From positions 1 through 64,000 of IMG/VR virus record IMGVR_UViG_3300042691_021876: a stretch of DNA of 64,000 nt. One strand, given 5' to 3'. The stretch's first letter is position 1. Each line of letters begins with the position of its first letter. Below the pieces are notes generated by a model. It was given only the letters and a program-made list of their open reading frames with translations, was not told the DNA's origin and made no database searches. The DNA is from a virus. This document shows positions 16,240 to 32,400 of the stretch, in pieces. A program made the position numbers and the translations under genes.

Positions 16240-18066
16240 TTATAGTTTGAGAGTATATGCAAAATCACCGCTATCAAATTGACTTGGCGCCATCAGAGGG
16301 TATGCTGGGTTAAATTCATAAGCCCAATCTTTCATGCCTACTTCTTCAAAGCGATTCTTAATGTCTTCATTATATTTTTCTGCAATAGAACGGACTCTAC
16401 GTTGAATGTCTTTTCTTGTTCTACCGCCATCACTGTTTTGTGTATTATTGCCATCATACATTTGTAAGTAACAACATTTAGGTATTCTTACAAACCTTGT
16501 CATTAAAAATGCTCTGACTGTTATTTCGTAATCATCAGCAATAGTTAATCTGCGGTTGTGTCCACCTAAAGCATGATATGTGCTTCGTCTCCAAGATCTA
16601 AAATGGTTTGGCACCCCAACGATATGACGAATGGTTTTAGGATTCACTGGCGTACAAGCACATACATCAAGTTCTTTGCCGTTATACATTTGCTTATAGT
16701 AAGATCCATAACTGAAAGCAAAATCATCGCCATAACATAATGAATTTAAGTCAGTGTCGCATTCAACACAATCACTATAAGCGTATCCTGCGTCTGGGTA
16801 TTCCGTGAATGCTTTAACCATAAGTTCAACTGCGTCAGGAAGTAAATAATCATCATGATCTAATTCCATAAGATATTCTCCATCGCATAACATTGCTGCT
16901 CTATATTTTGCTTCACCTATGATGCCACCAGACTTTTTAGAAAATGAATACACTTTAACTCGAGGATCATTCTTTGCTATGTCTTCAAGTAAATGATCCA
17001 TTGTTGTATCTGTTGAGTCATTTACAATAACCCATTCCCAGTTTACATACGTTTGATTTTTTAACGATTCGTACGTCTTATAAATCTTTTCACCTGTATT
17101 ATATGATGACGTAAATATTGATGCTAGTTCAGTATTACGATTTAAGATACCATGATTTGCTGCATGATAAATTTCATTACCGTTATTCTCATCTTTCTCA
17201 TTTGAGAAATGCAACCACTTTTTACGAATCTCAATAGGCATTTGAGCAAGACTTGGAAAATCTGTCCAATCTTCGGATCTTGTTACAATTACATCAGGAT
17301 TAAATGTATAGATTACTTTTGCAATTTCATTATCATTTTCTATATGCTGAACAAGTAATTCATCAGATTCATATTCATATAGATTACCTCCTGTTTGTTT
17401 TGTCTCTGGCAATTCACCTACATATAAAACTCTAGGAGAAGATCCTCTTTTAGCTTTAAGCAATTCCAATTTATTATAGTAAGTTAAAATAACTTGTGAA
17501 AGATAAAACCTAGTAGGGTCTTCTTTATAAACTCGCTCAATAAAAAGACCGTCTCCACAGTAACCCATATCCCAACCACCTTTTTCTTGTAAGAAGTAAT
17601 TTAGTATAAAGACTTGCGCAGCATCAACGCCTTGTAAACGCATGTTCTCCGGTTTAGCCTCACGAATATCAAGACCTGTGAAATCTTTACCATCTACCTC
17701 TTGTCCAAAAACTATTGCATATGAACTGTTAATGATTGTAGGATTATCGGAAAACCAAGTAAAAACTTTTGGATTTGGTAAGTTATCGTCATCAAGTAAA
17801 TTAATCCACAGATCTCTATCAAGATTATCTGTTACAAAGTTTACAAGATCATAGCCATAAGTTTCTGGCGCCGATTTTTTAATCTCCCATGATGTTGCAT
17901 TTGCATTTAAGATTTGCTGCGTGTACTCATCTATTTCAGGTACAACGTTTCCATCAATGATAACATGCCATTCATGTCCTAAAGGTCTGTACAACGTTAA
18001 AGACTCAGCAATCTTAAATAGATTATCCGGACGTGTACAGCGAGTTATGAATGCTATCTTGTGCAT
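16240..18066 (-). CDS. glycosyltransferase with two GT2-like domains
   Basis: N-domain WINLLDDDN; C-domain SIFTSSYN, SLKNQTYVNWEWVIVNDS, LMELDHDDYL, ADDYE. Confidence 0.85.
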   Translation of the reverse strand: MHKIAFITRCTRPDNLFKIAESLTLYRPLGHEWHVIIDGNVVPEIDEYTQQILNANATSWEIKKSAPETYGYDLVNFVTDNLDRDLWINLLDDDNLPNPKVFTWFSDNPTIINSSYAIVFGQEVDGKDFTGLDIREAKPENMRLQGVDAAQVFILNYFLQEKGGWDMGYCGDGLFIERVYKEDPTRFYLSQVILTYYNKLELLKAKRGSSPRVLYVGELPETKQTGGNLYEYESDELLVQHIENDNEIAKVIYTFNPDVIVTRSEDWTDFPSLAQMPIEIRKKWLHFSNEKDENNGNEIYHAANHGILNRNTELASIFTSSYNTGEKIYKTYESLKNQTYVNWEWVIVNDSTDTTMDHLLEDIAKNDPRVKVYSFSKKSGGIIGEAKYRAAMLCDGEYLMELDHDDYLLPDAVELMVKAFTEYPDAGYAYSDCVECDTDLNSLCYGDDFAFSYGSYYKQMYNGKELDVCACTPVNPKTIRHIVGVPNHFRSWRRSTYHALGGHNRRLTIADDYEITVRAFLMTRFVRIPKCCYLQMYDGNNTQNSDGGRTRKDIQRRVRSIAEKYNEDIKNRFEEVGMKDWAYEFNPAYPLMAPSQFDSGDFAYTLKL

Positions 18067-18242
18067 TAAGATTTCTTTCTTTTAAATAATAGTAAAGCTG
18101 TTCCTATTACCATTGGGATCCAAAAAATAGCTGTAAGTGAAAGCCATGTATATGAAGCAAACGGCTGAACATTTGTAACCTTTAATAAGATAAGAATAAA
18201 CTGTAAGTAAATTAAAGCACTAACTTCGGGATTGTTTTTCAT
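18066..18242 (-). CDS. small membrane protein (58 aa)
   Basis: MKNNPEVSALIYLQFILILLK...; coupled to the GT2 start. Confidence 0.55.
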   Translation of the reverse strand: MKNNPEVSALIYLQFILILLKVTNVQPFASYTWLSLTAIFWIPMVIGTALLLFKRKKS

Positions 18243-18258
18243 TTTTGTATTCTTTAAG

Positions 18259-18286
18259 ATTATATACAGAATGATTCGTGTAGTTC
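18259..18286 (-). promoter_or_regulatory. class II promoter for the GT2 operon
   Basis: GAAC-N18-TATAAT. Confidence 0.7.
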
Positions 18287-18345
18287 TTATTACCTGTAGG
18301 ATACGGCAATAATTAAGTAATGGTAATCTATATTATAAACAACTA

Positions 18346-18373
18346 AGGCTATCTAATGTACATTAGATAGCCT
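18346..18373. terminator. perfect 28-bp palindrome, probable terminator
   Basis: AGGCTATCTAATGT|ACATTAGATAGCCT downstream of 18397-18621. Confidence 0.6.
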
Positions 18374-18396
18374 GAGTTAATCTGTAGTGTTATCAG

Positions 18397-18621
18397 TCAA
18401 TCTTGAATTTTATATCTTTCACGCTTGCGCAATAAATAATATAGTCCAAAGAATGATGCTGACAGGCAGTAAAAAATAGCGTCGGTAATCCAAAAGGAAC
18501 CTGTCCACTTCATCACAAGAGCGAAAAGTGCATCGAATCCAAGCGGGTTGAAGAATGTTGCAATCATAAGTACTATGGTCGCCAGGTTCTTCTTGGTTGC
18601 ATGTTTTACTTTCTTTATCAC
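18397..18621 (-). CDS. small membrane protein
   Basis: 74 aa, hydrophobic, FFNPLGFDALF motif. Confidence 0.6.
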   Translation of the reverse strand: MIKKVKHATKKNLATIVLMIATFFNPLGFDALFALVMKWTGSFWITDAIFYCLSASFFGLYYLLRKRERYKIQD

Positions 18622-18695
18622 TGGGGTCTTCCATTTTATGTTTTTAATTTGTTAGCCTAATTGCCTACAAGTGTATTAATTTAATATGTTAAAGT

Positions 18696-19219
18696 AAACT
18701 CAAGGGTACTATGTTTACTTAATTTTTAATGTTTTAGGTTTAGCTTCATTAGTAATAGGAATGTCTATTCTTAATAAACCATGTTCCATTGCTGCTTCCG
18801 CCTTACCTAAATTGTATTTTGCAAGAGGAATGCGATAGCCTAAGTTAAAAGACTTTTTACTTATACCTCTATGATAATATTTACAATCGTTTACTTCGCA
18901 ACATTTATCATCTTCGGGTTTTGTATAAGAAACTCTTAATACGTCGCCCTCAATTAAAATGTTTATGTCATCTTTTGTTAAACCGCTTCCTGCAATTTCA
19001 AAATGTAAACCACTTTCGTTTTCGTAAATGTCTACGGGATGTCCAATGCGTCTATCAATTACAGGAGCAAATAATGATCCGTTATTAAAAAAATTTTTGA
19101 ATAGAATATCAAATTCATCCAAATCTCTTGTTGTAATGTGCGTCATAGTTCTAAAATCTATTTTTAAAGTTAATGTTTTGGCTTCCTTAAGGTAAGCCGT
19201 TAGTTGTACCCTTGAGTTT
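18696..19219. repeat. 14-bp perfect inverted repeat flanking the Hsp20 gene
   Basis: AAACTCAAGGGTAC (18696-18709) and GTACCCTTGAGTTT (19206-19219). Confidence 0.8.
18715..19146 (-). CDS. small heat shock protein (Hsp20/alpha-crystallin)
   Basis: PVDIYE, EIAGSGLTKDDI, YHRGISKKSF, MEHGLLRIDIP, PKTLKIK. Confidence 0.9.
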   Translation of the reverse strand: MTHITTRDLDEFDILFKNFFNNGSLFAPVIDRRIGHPVDIYENESGLHFEIAGSGLTKDDINILIEGDVLRVSYTKPEDDKCCEVNDCKYYHRGISKKSFNLGYRIPLAKYNLGKAEAAMEHGLLRIDIPITNEAKPKTLKIK

Positions 19220-19228
19220 TAACTATTT

Positions 19229-19236
19229 TATATATC
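19229..19236 (-). promoter_or_regulatory. class III (late-type) promoter
   Basis: GATATATA upstream of Hsp20. Confidence 0.6.
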
Positions 19237-19239
19237 AGC

Positions 19240-20484
19240 TTACTTTCCGAAACCTAAACGATTTTCTTTAACAACGACTCCGTGTGTAAGGACTGTGTTT
19301 TCAATGTTTGATGAATAGAACTCTGCAAGTGATGCAGGATAAGTAATTTCCGGTAAGTCCATTTTTAATGTTTCCGCTAATGTCACAAACATTTCTTTTG
19401 GAAGTTTCTTAAATTCTTTTCGGGCAAGTAAACGTTTTGGCCTAAGTAATGCGCTATCAATTTTTGATATCTGAGTATTAAAAGTGGCAATTACTGTCAG
19501 ACCTAAAATATCGTTAAGAAGACCATCAGTCATATTAAGTAAATTGCTAATTCCAGTAGATCTTCCAGAATTATCTCGAGATTCTAATAATGGTTCAGCA
19601 TCTTCAATTAGTAAGATGCAGTCTCGTTCCTCGTCCATAATCCATGAACTGATAAACTCAATCATTGCAGGTTCTGTTAAATTTGCAGAGATACTTGGTG
19701 GCGCATATATGATTGACTTGTTTAAGACAGCTAATTCTTTAAGTAATAATCTTATGTATTGTGTCTTGCCTGTGCCTGGATCTCCATGTAAAAGAACAAG
19801 ACCTTTGGTATTCTTATCAAGACGGTCCAACAGATTTTTATGAAACTCCTCAAAGCCTTCACCGTAGTGTAAGTCAGGGTATGTAAAATCTGGTGTCTTA
19901 CCTTCAAGTGAAAATCTTTTTACATAAAAATCACCGTTATCTACAGAGATAATTCCAATAGACGGACTTGTACTATCAGGGACAATCATTTCTTTAAGAG
20001 CCTCAGAAATACTTAGTATTGGTTTATCATCATATTTAGAATTAGAATCAAATAGTGTAAGGAAAGTTAATTGGTCAGTCTGAACAAGATCTCCGGCAAT
20101 TCCTTCAAGTTCATCAAGCATATATGGACCGCTTTTTTGATTTGCTTCTTTCTTACGATAATTAATTCCAAAAAATAACAACATATTATCCCTTACATAA
20201 ACGCATTCTGTTGGTTTGTGTTTATTTTCCTCAATTATACAATAGAATTGTGTAGCTAACCGAACCCAACCATCAGCCTCAACTTTTTCAATTAATTTAT
20301 TTGCGTCAAAAGTTTTCTTGGTAGTTACATAATGTGCTTGCATATCCGGTGTACCAAACAGTCTTGTAAAAAGTTGACGGTGTTCCAACATCATAGGTCG
20401 AGCTGGACCCATAGATGCTAATTGGATAGCAGGAGTAGTCTCAACATTATGTAGCTGTCGAGTAAAATCAGCGATATCTTTCAT
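19240..20484 (-). CDS. AAA+ ATPase
   Basis: Walker A GDPGTGKT, Walker B LLIEDAE, LLNMTDGLL, IDSALLRPKRL. Confidence 0.9.
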   Translation of the reverse strand: MKDIADFTRQLHNVETTPAIQLASMGPARPMMLEHRQLFTRLFGTPDMQAHYVTTKKTFDANKLIEKVEADGWVRLATQFYCIIEENKHKPTECVYVRDNMLLFFGINYRKKEANQKSGPYMLDELEGIAGDLVQTDQLTFLTLFDSNSKYDDKPILSISEALKEMIVPDSTSPSIGIISVDNGDFYVKRFSLEGKTPDFTYPDLHYGEGFEEFHKNLLDRLDKNTKGLVLLHGDPGTGKTQYIRLLLKELAVLNKSIIYAPPSISANLTEPAMIEFISSWIMDEERDCILLIEDAEPLLESRDNSGRSTGISNLLNMTDGLLNDILGLTVIATFNTQISKIDSALLRPKRLLARKEFKKLPKEMFVTLAETLKMDLPEITYPASLAEFYSSNIENTVLTHGVVVKENRLGFGK

Positions 20485-20497
20485 AGGTTAGTTTAAT

Positions 20498-20525
20498 GTT
20501 ATATTTACGCAAGTTCTAATTGTTC
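20498..20525 (-). promoter_or_regulatory. class II promoter
   Basis: GAAC-N18-TATAAC. Confidence 0.7.
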
Positions 20526-21479
20526 TTCATTCTTTTTAACAATTATTTGCGGGCGAGGGCCAGATTTCCAATATTCTTGTATACTTAATTCTTTGGCTTT
20601 GGATTCACACATAAACCAGCCAGCAGTTCCCCAATCATTTAGTTCATCATAAATGTAGTCAGCGTGTGCTACTGATTTTGAGTCATAAGATTCATATAAT
20701 TGTTTTGATGAACTCCAGTGTATAACAAGAGGAGCATCTTTCCAAGTATCTGCGGCTAATGATGCAGCAGCCTGCGCAGATAATTCACCAGTACAAAATG
20801 TATGATGGAAAATATCAAAGGTAATAGGAACACCAACCTTTAAGTAAATCATTTCATAAAGATCCGCAACCGAATACATATTGGCTTTGTCATCATTTTC
20901 CACAACGACTCTTTTACGACAGTTTTCTGAAAGTTTTAAAAAGTTATCACACCATCTTTGAGTTGCGGATTCTTTATCACCGTAAGCACCACCCACATGT
21001 ATGTTTATACAATTCCAATGAGAAGGTTCTAATCCCATTTCATCAAACACACGAGAATGCTGTTCAAGATCTTTCATACCTTTAGTAACAGTAGCCTCAG
21101 TAGGTGAAGCTAAAATTGTAAAATGACTTGGGTGAAATTCCAAACGCTGATTAAATCTTGTAGCGTCTTTTCCAATACTTAACAAGATGCCTTTAATCTT
21201 GGGCCAGTCTGGTAAATCTTCAAAGTTATATTCTGTCCACCAAGGAAATAATCCACTAGAGATACGATAAAACTTAATTCCATTTTCTTCATTCCAATGA
21301 ATTACCTTTTGTAGGTCAGTCACATTTGCCAATGCAAGTTTGCTGATGTGAGGTAATCCTTTAGTGGTAAAAGTTCTTTTAATGGCATCACGGTTAGTTG
21401 TGATACCTTTAGCGGATAGCTGTGTATTAATACAAGCATAGCCGATTCTTTTGTCAAATGGAATTACTTCAGTTTGCAT
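20505..21479 (-). CDS. uvsE: UV damage endonuclease
   Basis: RIGYACIN, FYRISSGLFP, RLEFHP, NIHVGGAYGDK, VENDD, FDIFHH, AHADY, ESKAKE. Confidence 0.92.
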   Translation of the reverse strand: MQTEVIPFDKRIGYACINTQLSAKGITTNRDAIKRTFTTKGLPHISKLALANVTDLQKVIHWNEENGIKFYRISSGLFPWWTEYNFEDLPDWPKIKGILLSIGKDATRFNQRLEFHPSHFTILASPTEATVTKGMKDLEQHSRVFDEMGLEPSHWNCINIHVGGAYGDKESATQRWCDNFLKLSENCRKRVVVENDDKANMYSVADLYEMIYLKVGVPITFDIFHHTFCTGELSAQAAASLAADTWKDAPLVIHWSSSKQLYESYDSKSVAHADYIYDELNDWGTAGWFMCESKAKELSIQEYWKSGPRPQIIVKKNEEQLELA

Positions 21480-21757
21480 ACAGGAATATTTACAAACCCA
21501 CTTGCAACATAGCGGTGAGGTAATTCAACAATGTTATTTTCAAGTAGAAAATCCAAGACACCTTCATTTTCTGAATAGTTCTTGATGGCAACTTCGCCTT
21601 CGGTTAAACCTGGTAAGTTAACGGTTGCAGTAGCAAAAGGAAATCCATCAGCACAATCAATTAATTGCATAGATGTGTTACCTTCTCTGTAGGTTCCGTA
21701 TTGAATTTGTAATGTGTAACGGCTATTACCGTAAGGAGATTGAAATTGGTAGTTCAT
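21464..21757 (-). CDS. DUF4313-like protein
   Basis: PFATATVNLP, IKNYSENEG, SGFV pattern. Confidence 0.65.
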   Translation of the reverse strand: MNYQFQSPYGNSRYTLQIQYGTYREGNTSMQLIDCADGFPFATATVNLPGLTEGEVAIKNYSENEGVLDFLLENNIVELPHRYVASGFVNIPVCKLK

Positions 21758-21760
21758 ATA

Positions 21761-22804
21761 TTATCGGTTAATTAAGAATTCTTTTTTGTCAATGATTGCT
21801 GCGCGAATATCTTGAGTCAAGGCTTGCACATTATACAGACGGGCATTCATATGTTGGTCTGTTATAGAACATGCCTGAAACGCACGAATTGCATTTGTTA
21901 AGTGGATCTCTGCAGCAGCAAGTTTAAGTACTTCAGTATAATCTGTGGTAGACTGTGAATTACCTGGAATTGCTGTAGATGGTTTGAACTCAGATTCCTC
22001 TCCGGCTAAAATTGAGATATTAGTTTTATTCACATCTTCAATATAGTTTTCAGTTTTAGGAATAATTTTTTCTACAGTAGTAAAATAGATGGCACTGTAG
22101 CGTTCTTTTAAAGCAATTTGATTAACTTTAAATGTGTACCTATTATTTATATTACTTCCACGCTCAATGATACCATCGGCAATTAAATGTGCTATAATAG
22201 GTCTGTAGTTTTTATCCCCGGCATAGTAAGGTGCACCGTTCTTTTGGTATCTTTTATTCTGAGGATTTTTTAAATCTTCTATAAAACAGTATAAAGCATT
22301 TTGACTTCTAAAAAATAAAGGTCCGTTTGCATTCACATGTTTAATAAAAAGATTGTATACATGACGATTAGTTTTATATAATCTAGGAAGTGATTTTTTT
22401 ACAGGCGCTGGAGTTTTACCTTCAAGTTTATTAAGGATATCCGCAACGGTCATTCCTTTATAATTGTTATGAAATTCTCTGCGGTAATTGCCATCCTGCA
22501 CCCAGTCATATCCACCATAACCACGTAAGAATAATAAATGACCTAAGTCAAACCAATCAGGAAAATGTTTGATGACTTTGTATTTACCGTATGAAATTCT
22601 TGTTATGAATTTCTCTACGTTTTTAACATGTGATAGATAACTCCTAGTTGTATAGTAAGGATTGTTATTCCAATTTTTCCAACGACTTGGAGTTTCATGT
22701 GGTCCTACCTTATTGATAAGATCAGATACTTGAAAGATTTCCCCTTCTTCAACAGAATTGATAAAGGTAACTAAATGATTGAATAATGAATCTGGGTTTC
22801 TCAT
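21761..22804 (-). CDS. hypothetical early protein
   Basis: 347-aa ORF after a class I promoter. Confidence 0.7.
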   Translation of the reverse strand: MRNPDSLFNHLVTFINSVEEGEIFQVSDLINKVGPHETPSRWKNWNNNPYYTTRSYLSHVKNVEKFITRISYGKYKVIKHFPDWFDLGHLLFLRGYGGYDWVQDGNYRREFHNNYKGMTVADILNKLEGKTPAPVKKSLPRLYKTNRHVYNLFIKHVNANGPLFFRSQNALYCFIEDLKNPQNKRYQKNGAPYYAGDKNYRPIIAHLIADGIIERGSNINNRYTFKVNQIALKERYSAIYFTTVEKIIPKTENYIEDVNKTNISILAGEESEFKPSTAIPGNSQSTTDYTEVLKLAAAEIHLTNAIRAFQACSITDQHMNARLYNVQALTQDIRAAIIDKKEFLINR

Positions 22805-22822
22805 AGTGATTAATTAATTATT

Positions 22823-22884
22823 AGTTAAAATTAAACAAAAAATCCTACAAATAAAAATTTGTAGGACTAAAGTTATTAACAACT
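22823..22884 (-). promoter_or_regulatory. composite terminator + class I promoter with TTATTAACA box (22873-22881)
   Basis: hairpin TCCTACAAAT/ATTTGTAGGA plus U-tract. Confidence 0.75.
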
Positions 22885-22888
22885 TAAT

Positions 22889-23308
22889 TTATTTCTTTGA
22901 CTCTGCTAACCAATTTTCATATGATAGGACGTATGTTTCAACTACGTCATCCATTTGGCCATTGTGATTATCTCTTACTGCAGTAGTTGGGTCAATGATT
23001 ACTTCTTTACCATTTTTATCAAGTACTTTATAACCAGATACTTCTTGACCACTTCTTAACACAACCAATACTTTTCCTGAGGCTTCTTCACCTTTTTCTC
23101 GAGTATCAGATAAAGTTTCTCCAAAAATGTAATCACCTATTTTAATTGCGTCTTGTTGAGCTGCATCGGATTTTGCTCTAGGTTTTTCTTCCAGCGCTCC
23201 GTCTACTGATACGATTGCTACTTTAAACGCAGGATTGTTCGCAACGATAGGTATCATTGGCGAACCGTTACCGGTGTTTATACTTCTTCCTGTTAGTGTT
23301 ATTGGCAT
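22889..23308 (-). CDS. hypothetical late protein
   Basis: probable start MPITLT, preceded by late-type GATAAATA (23313-23320). Confidence 0.6.
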   Translation of the reverse strand: MPITLTGRSINTGNGSPMIPIVANNPAFKVAIVSVDGALEEKPRAKSDAAQQDAIKIGDYIFGETLSDTREKGEEASGKVLVVLRSGQEVSGYKVLDKNGKEVIIDPTTAVRDNHNGQMDDVVETYVLSYENWLAESKK

Positions 23309-23607
23309 GTTGTATTTATCTTTTTCCAATTCTCAATACAATCACGCGACCTTGCCGCAAGCTCGTATTGTTCAACATCAGCAAAGTATAACATAGAACG
23401 CTCAAGTGAGTCAAGTATTCCTATGATATCTTTAATAATGAATTTTGTTATTCCTGCTTCAGTTTTAAGTAAAGCAACTTCTACTCGATTAAAACCGTCG
23501 GGATTTAAGAGTTTTTGTTCACATTGAATTAATACATCACGGTAGATATCCTCTTTATGCTCAAGGACCCAATTTGGTATCGGTTTATCTACGGTATATA
23601 ATTTCAT
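23299..23607 (-). CDS. protein with C-terminal UVR (UvrB/UvrC) motif
   Basis: YFADVEQYELAARSRD. Confidence 0.65.
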   Translation of the reverse strand: MKLYTVDKPIPNWVLEHKEDIYRDVLIQCEQKLLNPDGFNRVEVALLKTEAGITKFIIKDIIGILDSLERSMLYFADVEQYELAARSRDCIENWKKINTTCQ

Positions 23608-23612
23608 TGCAT

Positions 23613-24191
23613 CTAATTGAGTATTTTGTGTAACTTGCATATAAACCATTCTTGTGCAGGAGTGTCATTCATTTCCGAATGTTCGGGGTGCCACTGTACT
23701 GCAAATTCTTTTCTTTCTTTATTCTCTATTGCTTCAACGATTCTATCACTTGTCATATCTATAACTTTATATTCAGATACATCTTTTTGAAATATCCCTT
23801 GATGATGTCGCGAATTTACAAATAATCCAAGTTCTGTTGTGTGCCAAGCGCTTTCACCTTTCCAATCACCTGTGATGGTTGTGTGAAGTATTTCTTTTGT
23901 GTAATCAGGAATGTGTTCAAGCAATCCTGGTCCTTTTTCATTTAAATAAATCATTAACTGCAAACCTCTACATATTCCTATAATAGGTTTTTCTAATTCT
24001 CGGTATTTATTGTAAAGATAGATTTCATATTCATCTCGACCATCTCTCATTCCAATATCAGCACCTCCTGGCAATAATAAGAAGTCTGCTACATTAGGAT
24101 CTTCTTCCCTGGCGTATCCTGCTTTTTCCATCAAGACTAAATACGGATTAATGTATAACGGAAATTCACCCGTTGGTATATAGTATGTCAT
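23613..24191 (-). CDS. class I glutamine amidotransferase / peptidase C26
   Basis: LLPGGADI, GICRGLQ, VNSRHHQG, AVQWHPE (Cys-His-Glu triad). Confidence 0.9.
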   Translation of the reverse strand: MTYYIPTGEFPLYINPYLVLMEKAGYAREEDPNVADFLLLPGGADIGMRDGRDEYEIYLYNKYRELEKPIIGICRGLQLMIYLNEKGPGLLEHIPDYTKEILHTTITGDWKGESAWHTTELGLFVNSRHHQGIFQKDVSEYKVIDMTSDRIVEAIENKERKEFAVQWHPEHSEMNDTPAQEWFICKLHKILN

Positions 24192-24195
24192 GTTA

Positions 24196-24223
24196 TTTAT
24201 ATTAAGTTAATCCTTAATAGTTT
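24196..24223 (-). promoter_or_regulatory. class II promoter
   Basis: AAAC-N18-TATAAA. Confidence 0.7.
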
Positions 24224-24231
24224 TACTCTTA

Positions 24232-25278
24232 TTAGAATAGACAAGCACCAGCTGCAGAAATATTTGTGATTTGGCCAGTAGCTGATATTTGATATAACCT
24301 ATCAATCCAACCGTTATCACCAATTCTAAACCACAAAGCAAACCATAGATCGCCACCGTTAAATGGAGAAGTTAGTAAATAATCATTAAAAACAAAATTT
24401 CCTACTGCAAGACTTGTATATGGAACTGTACAATATAAAGGAGTTGTTCCAGGAAACGGTATTTGACATCCTGGATTCAATGAACTATTTGCACCTCCAG
24501 TTGTTGCTCTAAAAAATGTATAAGCACCTACACGATTAACAAGTCTTATGTTAGCCTTTGGCACTGAATTAACTTTTAATGTGGCATTTGGATCAATACT
24601 TAATACATATTGTCCTAACCCAGTTTCTATTTCTAAATACGGAGCGTTTGTACCTCCGTTTATTGCATTACCAACACTTGTTCCAGGGTCTCCTGGCGTG
24701 GGGCTTGTGTATAAGTAATCATATGTATAGTCAACAAGTGCTAACTTAAATTGCGCTAAAGTGTTAAGGTCTGCAACTGCTGCCGCATTCAGCGGAATTG
24801 CGTTCCAACCATTGTTCCAAACTGTGGTTACGCTATCTGCATAATCTACAACATTGCCAACGGTGTTGGCGTTCATAGCATAACCCGTTTCATATTGAAA
24901 AATAGCATTATAATCAGTACCAACAATATTAGTTGTAGTTGTTGGGGCAGTTGCTTTAACTGGGATGATATCTCCGTTATTTAATCCTGTGGTTTGTTTA
25001 AAAACCCATAAGATTGCGGATTGTGCTGTTTCAGTTAAAGCAGTAGTATCAAAAGCCATGAAATATCTACCGCATCTTCTAGTAGTTAAATCAAGTCCAC
25101 TTACATAAGTGTCCTGTACATTAACACCCGCGTTTAAATTACCTTGTGCTGCTGTAGGCGTACCACCCGCGCCGTCGCGGCAGTCTATTTCCCATGAATC
25201 TAGTGGAAACCCTTCAGTTGAGGTAACCATTCTTGCGGTACCTCGTGTTGTTGCTGATGTTAAAATAACTGTTGCCAT
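24232..25278 (-). CDS. probable virion/fibre-associated beta-rich protein
   Basis: 348 aa, T/G/N-rich, downstream of the collagen fibre genes. Confidence 0.6.
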   Translation of the reverse strand: MATVILTSATTRGTARMVTSTEGFPLDSWEIDCRDGAGGTPTAAQGNLNAGVNVQDTYVSGLDLTTRRCGRYFMAFDTTALTETAQSAILWVFKQTTGLNNGDIIPVKATAPTTTTNIVGTDYNAIFQYETGYAMNANTVGNVVDYADSVTTVWNNGWNAIPLNAAAVADLNTLAQFKLALVDYTYDYLYTSPTPGDPGTSVGNAINGGTNAPYLEIETGLGQYVLSIDPNATLKVNSVPKANIRLVNRVGAYTFFRATTGGANSSLNPGCQIPFPGTTPLYCTVPYTSLAVGNFVFNDYLLTSPFNGGDLWFALWFRIGDNGWIDRLYQISATGQITNISAAGACLF

Positions 25279-25291
25279 ATCTTATAATTTA

Positions 25292-31996
<6,705 letters not shown>

Positions 31997-32015
31997 GACA
32001 CAACACTATTTTTAC

Positions 32016-32023
32016 TATATATC
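32016..32023 (-). promoter_or_regulatory. class III late promoter
   Basis: GATATATA upstream of the UVR/collagen operon. Confidence 0.65.
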
Positions 32024-32070
32024 AATATAGAAGTCTGTATGAAAACAATAAAAGGTAAAGGTAAAGCTGC

Positions 32071-32388
32071 CTATATGCGCTCAGAAGTTGAAATCCCCAT
32101 TACCTGGGTTTCGGTAGAATTTGGTCCAACGTCACAAAGTTTATTTATTTTCAAATAATAAATTGCTCCTTCTACTAAAGATGTAGCAGGGAACCTAATA
32201 ACTTGTCCTGTGACGGTTTCAACTGTTAACCAAGATGTTGGGCTCCAATTAAAAATATGTAAACCCGTTATGTAAGGTTCATCATGGTGTATGATATATT
32301 CACCTGGTATTAGGTTAACAGGTTTTACACCACCATCTCTAAAAAATATGTCAGAGATAGGATAATATTTAGATGCAATAATAGCCAT
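32071..32388 (-). CDS. hypothetical (probable virion) protein
   Basis: 105 aa in a late cluster. Confidence 0.6.
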   Translation of the reverse strand: MAIIASKYYPISDIFFRDGGVKPVNLIPGEYIIHHDEPYITGLHIFNWSPTSWLTVETVTGQVIRFPATSLVEGAIYYLKINKLCDVGPNSTETQVMGISTSERI

Positions 32389-32400
32389 AATTCATTAGTA

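Noticed and set aside
18346-18373. 28-bp perfect palindrome as a protelomerase site or origin
   Set aside because: Its position just downstream of an operon fits a terminator; no protelomerase or iteron cluster nearby.
201-22884. Recurring intergenic repeats as a CRISPR array or integron attC array
   Set aside because: Spacing is gene-sized and irregular, the repeats contain -33/-7 promoter elements, they lack attC-type inverted core structure, and no cas gene or integrase is in the window.
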